Part shown: positions 34,408 to 39,233 of the stretch, one piece after another
Numbering within the stretch: position 1 is the stretch's first letter
Layout: every line of letters begins with the position of its first letter
NCBI GenBank assembly: GCA_045654845.1
Contig: JAZOOB010000044.1
Span: forward strand, 1 to 39,233
DNA: 39,233 bases
From: Eubacteriales bacterium
GTDB taxonomy: Bacteria; Bacillota; Clostridia; Oscillospirales; CAG-272
Reading direction: 5' to 3'
The notes under the pieces: model-generated
Seen by the model: the letters and a program-made list of their open reading frames with translations, nothing else
The model's database searches: none
What the model was told of the DNA's origin: nothing
Made by a program: the position numbers and the translations under genes

Positions 34408-34614
34408 ATGGCAAAGCTTACGTTTAAAACCGACAAGTGCAAGGGCTGCGGTCTTTGTGTCGGAGTTTGTCCTAAGGGCGTCCTTGCTATTGCAGAGGAC
34501 AAAATCAATGCGAAGGGGCATCACCCCGTCGTAGCAGTAAAAGAAGAGGCGTGCATAGGCTGTGCATTCTGCGCTACTATGTGTCCTGACTGTATTATCA
34601 AGGTAGAGAGGTGA
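34408..34614 (+). CDS. 2x[4Fe-4S] ferredoxin-type delta subunit of 2-oxoacid:ferredoxin oxidoreductase
   Basis: 68 aa with two CxxCxxCxxxCP motifs (CKGCGLCVGVCP, CIGCAFCATMCP). Confidence 0.85.
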   Translation: MAKLTFKTDKCKGCGLCVGVCPKGVLAIAEDKINAKGHHPVVAVKEEACIGCAFCATMCPDCIIKVER

Positions 34615-34620
34615 GAAAAG

Positions 34621-35685
34621 ATGGCAGATAAGGTTTTAATGAAGGGTAACGAAGCGATAGCAGAGGCTGCTATAATCGCAGGTTGCCGTCACTATTTCGG
34701 ATATCCTATTACACCCCAGACGGAAATTGCCGCTTATATGGCGAAGAGAATGCCTAAAATCGGTGGTATATTCCTTCAGGCAGAGAGCGAAGTAGCCGCT
34801 ATAAATATGGTTTACGGTGTTTCGGCTACCGGTAAGAGAGTTATGACCTCTTCGTCGAGCCCCGGAATTTCGCTTAAGGGAGAGGGTATTTCCTATCTCG
34901 CAGGCGCAGACCTTCCCGCACTTATAGTAAACGTACAGCGCGGAGGCCCCGGTCTTGGCGGTATTCAGCCTTCCCAGTCCGACTATTTCCAGGCGACCAA
35001 GGGTGGTGCGCACGGTGACTTCCATATGATAGTTCTTGCACCTGCATCGGTACAGGAAATGGCGGAGCTTACCGTACACGGCTTCGACCTTGCAGATAAG
35101 TATCGCGTCACCTCTATGATTTTGGCAGACGGTACTATGGGTCAGATGATGGAGCCTGTTTCTCTTGATTTCAAGACGGCAGAGCCTGTCGAAAAGCCTT
35201 GGGCGACCACGGGTACTAATATGCAGAGAAAGCATAACGTAGTAAACTCGCTCTTCTTAAAGCCCGAGCAGCTTGAACAGACGAACTTCGAGCGTTACGA
35301 GAGATATGAGCAGATAAAGAAGAACGAGGCTATGTACGAGGAATATATGATGGACGACGCGGAAATCTGCGTTGTAGCCTTCGGTATTGCAGCCCGCGTT
35401 TCCAAGAATGCGATAAATGAGGCAAGAGCGAAGGGAATCAAGGTAGGACTTATCAGACCTATCACTCTCTGGCCCTTCCCCGAAAAGCCTTTTGAAGAGG
35501 CAGCAAAGAAGGTTAAATCCTTCATTTCCGTAGAGCTTTCTATGGGACAGATGATAGAAGACGTTCGTCTTGCAACGAAGGATGCAAAGCCGGTTACCCT
35601 TTGTAACCGTTCAGGCGGTATGATACCCTCACCCGAGCAGGTACTCGCCGCAATAGAAGAAGCAAACGAAAAGGAGGGCAAATAA
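34621..35685 (+). CDS. 2-oxoacid:ferredoxin oxidoreductase, alpha-type subunit (VorB/KorA-like)
   Basis: [32 protein letters not shown]-terminus typical of the OFOR alpha subunit; 354 aa. Confidence 0.85.
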   Translation: MADKVLMKGNEAIAEAAIIAGCRHYFGYPITPQTEIAAYMAKRMPKIGGIFLQAESEVAAINMVYGVSATGKRVMTSSSSPGISLKGEGISYLAGADLPALIVNVQRGGPGLGGIQPSQSDYFQATKGGAHGDFHMIVLAPASVQEMAELTVHGFDLADKYRVTSMILADGTMGQMMEPVSLDFKTAEPVEKPWATTGTNMQRKHNVVNSLFLKPEQLEQTNFERYERYEQIKKNEAMYEEYMMDDAEICVVAFGIAARVSKNAINEARAKGIKVGLIRPITLWPFPEKPFEEAAKKVKSFISVELSMGQMIEDVRLATKDAKPVTLCNRSGGMIPSPEQVLAAIEEANEKEGK

Positions 35686-35686
35686 G

Positions 35687-36433
35687 ATGAGTGTAGTATT
35701 TGACAAGCCTCATTCCTTGGCAGATCTTCCTCTGCACTACTGCCCCGGCTGTACTCACGGTATCGTTCACCGTCTTGTAGCCGAGGTTATCGACGAGCTT
35801 GGCATCGAGGGAAAGACCATAGGTATCGCCCCCGTTGGATGCTCGGTTATGGCATACGTTTACTTTAACTGCGATATGATAGAAGCGGCTCACGGACGTG
35901 CGCCTGCTGTTGCGGCGGGTGTTAAGCGCTCATTGCCCGACAGCGTAGTATTTACCTATCAGGGCGACGGCGACCTCGCATCTATCGGTATGGCAGAGAC
36001 CGTACACAGTGCGGCAAGAAACGAAAATATCACCGTTATCTTTATAAACAATGCAATTTACGGTATGACGGGCGGACAGATGGCACCTACCTCGCTTCCC
36101 GGTCAGGTCACCCAGACCTCTCCCTACGGACGTGACGTAAACCACTGCGGTTTTCCTATCAAGGTCTGCGAGATGCTCTCTCAGCTTGACGGTCCCGAAT
36201 ATCTTGAGCGTGTAGCCGTAAACAACGTAAAGAACGTAAAGAACGCGAAAAAGGCGATAAAGAAAGCGTTTGAAAATCAGGTAAACGGAAAGGGCTTCTC
36301 ACTCGTTGAGGTTATTTCCTCTTGTCCTACCAACTGGGGTATGACACCGCAAAAGGCGCTTGAATGGATCGACGAAAAAATGATTCCTTATTATCCTCTC
36401 GGTGTATATAAGGATAGAAGCGAAAATAAGTGA
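35687..36433 (+). CDS. 2-oxoacid:ferredoxin oxidoreductase, TPP-binding beta subunit
   Basis: HYCPGCTHG cluster ligands and the TPP motif [14 protein letters not shown]...[11 protein letters not shown]. Confidence 0.85.
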   Translation: MSVVFDKPHSLADLPLHYCPGCTHGIVHRLVAEVIDELGIEGKTIGIAPVGCSVMAYVYFNCDMIEAAHGRAPAVAAGVKRSLPDSVVFTYQGDGDLASIGMAETVHSAARNENITVIFINNAIYGMTGGQMAPTSLPGQVTQTSPYGRDVNHCGFPIKVCEMLSQLDGPEYLERVAVNNVKNVKNAKKAIKKAFENQVNGKGFSLVEVISSCPTNWGMTPQKALEWIDEKMIPYYPLGVYKDRSENK

Positions 36434-36447
36434 GAGGAGAAGAAAAG

Positions 36448-36984
36448 ATGAGTACAGTACAGTATCTTATAGCAGGCTTTGGCGGACAGGGTATTCTGTT
36501 TGCAGGTAAGTTCCTTGCATATAAAGGCTTGAATATGGACAAAAACGTAAGCTGGCTTCCTTCCTACGGCCCCGAAATGCGTGGCGGTACGGCGAGCTGC
36601 AGCGTTATTCTCGGCGACGAGCCCGTAGGCTCGCCCATCGTATCGAAGCCCGACGTTTTGATAGCGATGAACCTTCCTTCTCTCGACAAATACGAGGATA
36701 CGGTAGCAGAAGGCGGCACTATCTACGTAGACTCTACCCTTATCGAGCGTAAGGTAAAGAGAACCGACGTAAAGGTACACTATATCCCTGCGACCAAGAT
36801 TGCAGACGATAACAAAACACCTACCCTTGCCAATATGGTAATTATGGGTAAGGTGCTCGCAGAAAACGGTGAGTTCGACGACGAAGAGGCAGTTCTTGCC
36901 GCGCTTAAGAAGGTAATTTCCGCGAAGCGTGCAGATATGCTCGACGTGAACCTCGGCGCACTCCGTCTTGGAAAGAATTATTAA
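36448..36984 (+). CDS. 2-oxoacid:ferredoxin oxidoreductase, gamma subunit
   Basis: [14 protein letters not shown] and YGPEMRGG motifs. I prefer the ATG at 36448 (GAGGAG upstream) to the GTG at 36430. Confidence 0.85.
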   Translation: MSTVQYLIAGFGGQGILFAGKFLAYKGLNMDKNVSWLPSYGPEMRGGTASCSVILGDEPVGSPIVSKPDVLIAMNLPSLDKYEDTVAEGGTIYVDSTLIERKVKRTDVKVHYIPATKIADDNKTPTLANMVIMGKVLAENGEFDDEEAVLAALKKVISAKRADMLDVNLGALRLGKNY

Positions 36985-36996
36985 GAGGTGGATAAA

Positions 36997-38058
36997 ATGG
37001 AAATTAAAATCACAAAGAATTTAAATCCCGGTGTAAAGCCCGAATCCTCTAAGCTCGGCTTCGGTAAGTATTTCACCGACCATATGTTCATTATGGACTA
37101 CACAGAGGGAAAAGGCTGGCACGACGCGAGAATCGTACCCTTTGGCCCCCTTCAGATTCACCCTGCCTGCACCGCGCTTCACTACGGCGCAGAGATATTT
37201 GAGGGACTCAAGGCATATAGAAGAAAAGACGGAAAGGTTCAGCTTTTCCGCCCCATTGAGAACATTCGCAGAATGAACCGTTCGGCAGAGCGTCTTTGCC
37301 TGCCCACCATTCCCGAGGACCTCGCTATGCAGGTTCTCACCGAGTTCGTTGCATTCGAGCAGGAATGGACCCCCAGTGAAGAGGGAACCTCTCTTTACAT
37401 TCGTCCCTTTATGTTCGGTAATGATGAAACTCTCGGTGTGCATTCCGTAAAGCACGCAAGCTACGTAATCATAACCTCCCCCGTTGGAAGCTACTATGCA
37501 GAGGGCATCAACCCCGTAAAGATTATGATAGAAGCAGACGACGTAAGAGCAGTACGCGGCGGTACGGGTGAAGCTAAGTGTGGCGGTAACTATGCGGCAA
37601 GTACACGCGCAGGTCAGAAGGCAGAACAGCAGGGCTACGCTCAGGTTCTCTGGCTCGATGGCGTAGAGCGCAAGTATATCGAAGAAGTAGGCGCTATGAA
37701 CGTAATGTTCAAGATTGACGGCGAGGTCGTAACTCCCGCGCTCACAGGCTCAATTCTTCCCGGTATTACGAGAAAATCCTGTGTAGAGCTTCTTACAAAG
37801 GAAGGCTACAAGGTAAGCGAGAGAAGACTCAGCATCGACGAGCTTGAAAAGGCACTCGAGGACGGCAAGCTTGAAGAGGCTTGGGGCTGCGGAACTGCGG
37901 CAGTTATTTCCCCTATCGGCACTCTTTCCTATAAGGGCAAGGTGTACGAGGTAAACGGCGGCAAGATAGGCGAGGTAACTCAGCACCTTTACGATACCCT
38001 CACCGGCATTCAGTGGGGTAAGATCGAAGATAAGTTCTCTTGGACCGTTCTTCTTTAA
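36997..38058 (+). CDS. ilvE: Branched-chain amino acid aminotransferase
   Basis: Fold-type IV PLP enzyme: FGKYFTDHMF, HYGAEIFEGLKAYR, GTGEAKCGGNYAAS and GILPGITR. I prefer the ATG at 36997 (AGAGGTGG upstream) to the GTG at 36988. Confidence 0.88.
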   Translation: MEIKITKNLNPGVKPESSKLGFGKYFTDHMFIMDYTEGKGWHDARIVPFGPLQIHPACTALHYGAEIFEGLKAYRRKDGKVQLFRPIENIRRMNRSAERLCLPTIPEDLAMQVLTEFVAFEQEWTPSEEGTSLYIRPFMFGNDETLGVHSVKHASYVIITSPVGSYYAEGINPVKIMIEADDVRAVRGGTGEAKCGGNYAASTRAGQKAEQQGYAQVLWLDGVERKYIEEVGAMNVMFKIDGEVVTPALTGSILPGITRKSCVELLTKEGYKVSERRLSIDELEKALEDGKLEEAWGCGTAAVISPIGTLSYKGKVYEVNGGKIGEVTQHLYDTLTGIQWGKIEDKFSWTVLL

Positions 38059-38080
38059 TCTTAAAAAACAAAAAATATTC

Positions 38081-38113
38081 AGTGGCACGCTTTCAAAAGC
38101 GTGCCACTTTTTC
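38081..38113 (+). terminator. Strong intrinsic terminator ending the T-box 2 operon
   Basis: AGTGGCACGC-tttcaaaa-GCGTGCCACT plus T5. Confidence 0.85.
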
Positions 38114-38285
38114 TACCAAAAATAGAAATTTCGTCATCAAAAAAATAATTTTAAATGAAAAACGGCTCGTAAAGAAATCACAAAAGCAGGTTTTTATTTT
38201 TGTGAAAATTCGCTAAAAATCAAAAACGCGAGAACGGTTTTTGTGTATAATCTAAAAATTTTTTATAAAAAATTTAAAAAAGTTG

Positions 38286-38314
38286 TTTATTTTTCACATA
38301 TTGTATGCTATAAT
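38286..38314 (+). promoter_or_regulatory. Extended -10 promoter for hpf
   Basis: TGcTATAAT at 38306-38314. The -35 is poor (TTTATT). Confidence 0.5.
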
Positions 38315-38397
38315 AAAATTGGAAACGGGAAAACCGTAGCCTACGGCTTTCGACTTCCACAGCCGTCTGCCGTAAAGACAGAAAGGTGGTAAAACAT

Positions 38398-38913
38398 ATG
38401 AAGATCACAGCAACAGGAAGACAACTCACAGTGAAAGACAGCATGAGAGAGCTGGCTGAGAAAAAGCTATCCAAGTTCGACAGATTCTTTGGCGCAGATG
38501 CCGAGGCGGTAGTCAAGTTCAGCGTAGTCCGCGACCTCGAGCGCGTTGAAGTGACCATTCTGTACGACGGAGTCTTTTTCCGTAGTGAGGAGGAGAATTC
38601 CACCTTTGCAAATGCACTCGACTGCGCGGTCGAGTCCTTGGAAAGACAGATAAGAAAGAACAAGACGAGATTAGAAAAGCGCATAAAGGGCGCAGGGTTT
38701 GATTTTGGCGCAGAGGAATATGCAGAAGACGAGGCAGAATTCGATATAAGAGTCAAGACCTTCCCCTTCAAGCCGATGTCGGTAGAGGAGGCTATTATGC
38801 AGATGAATCTGCTCGAGCATCAGTTCTACTGCTTCGTAGATGCCGAAACCGAAAAGACGTGTACGGTCTATCAGCGTAAAAACGGCGGATACGGACTTAT
38901 AATTCCCGAATAA
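38398..38913 (+). CDS. hpf: Ribosome hibernation-promoting factor (long form)
   Basis: MKITATGRQLTVKDSMRELAEKKLSKFDRFF N-terminal RaiA/HPF domain plus a C-terminal dimerisation domain (PMSVEEAIMQMNLLEHQFYCF...YQRKNGGYGLI). The ATG at 38398 follows AAAGGTGG. Confidence 0.88.
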   Translation: MKITATGRQLTVKDSMRELAEKKLSKFDRFFGADAEAVVKFSVVRDLERVEVTILYDGVFFRSEEENSTFANALDCAVESLERQIRKNKTRLEKRIKGAGFDFGAEEYAEDEAEFDIRVKTFPFKPMSVEEAIMQMNLLEHQFYCFVDAETEKTCTVYQRKNGGYGLIIPE

Positions 38914-38922
38914 GAACAAACC

Positions 38923-38962
38923 AAAAGGGCATTGCAAACATTTGTTTGCAATGCCCTTTTTT
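38923..38962. terminator. Bidirectional intrinsic terminator between hpf and the convergent gene
   Basis: AAAAGGGCATTGCAAACA-tt-TGTTTGCAATGCCCTTTTTT. Confidence 0.85.
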
Positions 38963-38993
38963 AATGAATGATTGACGGCGTGGGATAAGCCTA

Positions 38994-39233
38994 TTAATCT
39001 TCAAATCTCGCGTCACCGAGAAGAGAGACACGCGCGCTCTTTGGGTCGATTCGTATGACGATTTTCTTCTTTTCGAGCGCGTAGTTTACGGTATACGCTG
39101 TACCGCCTTTTTGTCCGTCGTAGGCGCAGACCACAACGTCTGATTTATCTACCATATATCTGTTTCGGACAAAAAAGCATTCCTTCGTGTATTCTTTTGA
39201 GAGAGTCACGCTCTCGTCTGCTTCCTTTAATAT
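38994..39233 (-). CDS. C-terminal part of a SLOG/DUF1273 (YpsA-like) family protein; 5' end outside window
   Basis: The frame stays open to the window edge (the track M at 39209 is an internal GTG). The tail FFVRNRYMVDKSDVVVCAYDGQKGGTAYTVNYA resembles the DUF1273/YpsA C-terminal signature. Confidence 0.45.
   Translation of the reverse strand: MLKEADESVTLSKEYTKECFFVRNRYMVDKSDVVVCAYDGQKGGTAYTVNYALEKKKIVIRIDPKSARVSLLGDARFED

Noticed and set aside
28429-38113. Alternative reading of the VOR/IlvE/ligase cluster as a BCAA fermentation (catabolic) operon
   Set aside because: Catabolic routes conserve energy through phosphotransacylase/kinase, CoA-transferase or ADP-forming synthetases, not AMP-forming ligases. 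Induction by uncharged tRNA (T-box) signals shortage of the amino acid, not excess. I kept this as the main hypothesis to refute experimentally.

Overview
This is a 39.2-kb chromosomal segment, almost entirely + strand. It looks like a Gram-positive anaerobe of the Clostridia type (inference from spoIIE, an AbrB-type regulator, TGn-extended -10 promoters, and T-box and L-box leaders).

Gene content in order:
- alaS 3' end
- a divergent XRE / AbrB-like mini-regulator pair
- spoIIE
- a LamG-like lipoprotein followed by a 7-bp microsatellite
- orphan Na+-decarboxylase membrane subunits (OadB plus a 39-aa OadG-like peptide)
- topB
- an asparagine block (asnB, YbaK-like deacylase, asnS)
- a radical-SAM enzyme, zupT, galT, a YerC-like protein and a PHP phosphatase
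- an aspartate-family block (lysC, then lysine riboswitch-dapA-dapB-ddh-lysA-coaW-metY-metA)
- the T-box module described below
- hpf and a partial SLOG/DUF1273-like gene

Most interesting region (28.4-38.1 kb): two tandem T-box leaders, whose specifiers I read as AUC (Ile) and GUA (Val), each drive a paralogous HTH(XRE)-cupin-acyl-CoA-ligase fusion. The second continues without a break into a P-loop NTPase, a four-subunit 2-oxoacid:ferredoxin oxidoreductase and ilvE. I interpret this as a starvation-induced route that makes Ile/Val from 2-methylbutyrate/isobutyrate by reductive carboxylation.

I saw no rRNA or tRNA genes, CRISPR arrays, transposases or integrases. All calls come from reading the sequence and ORF track and from motif recall; no database search or folding program was run.
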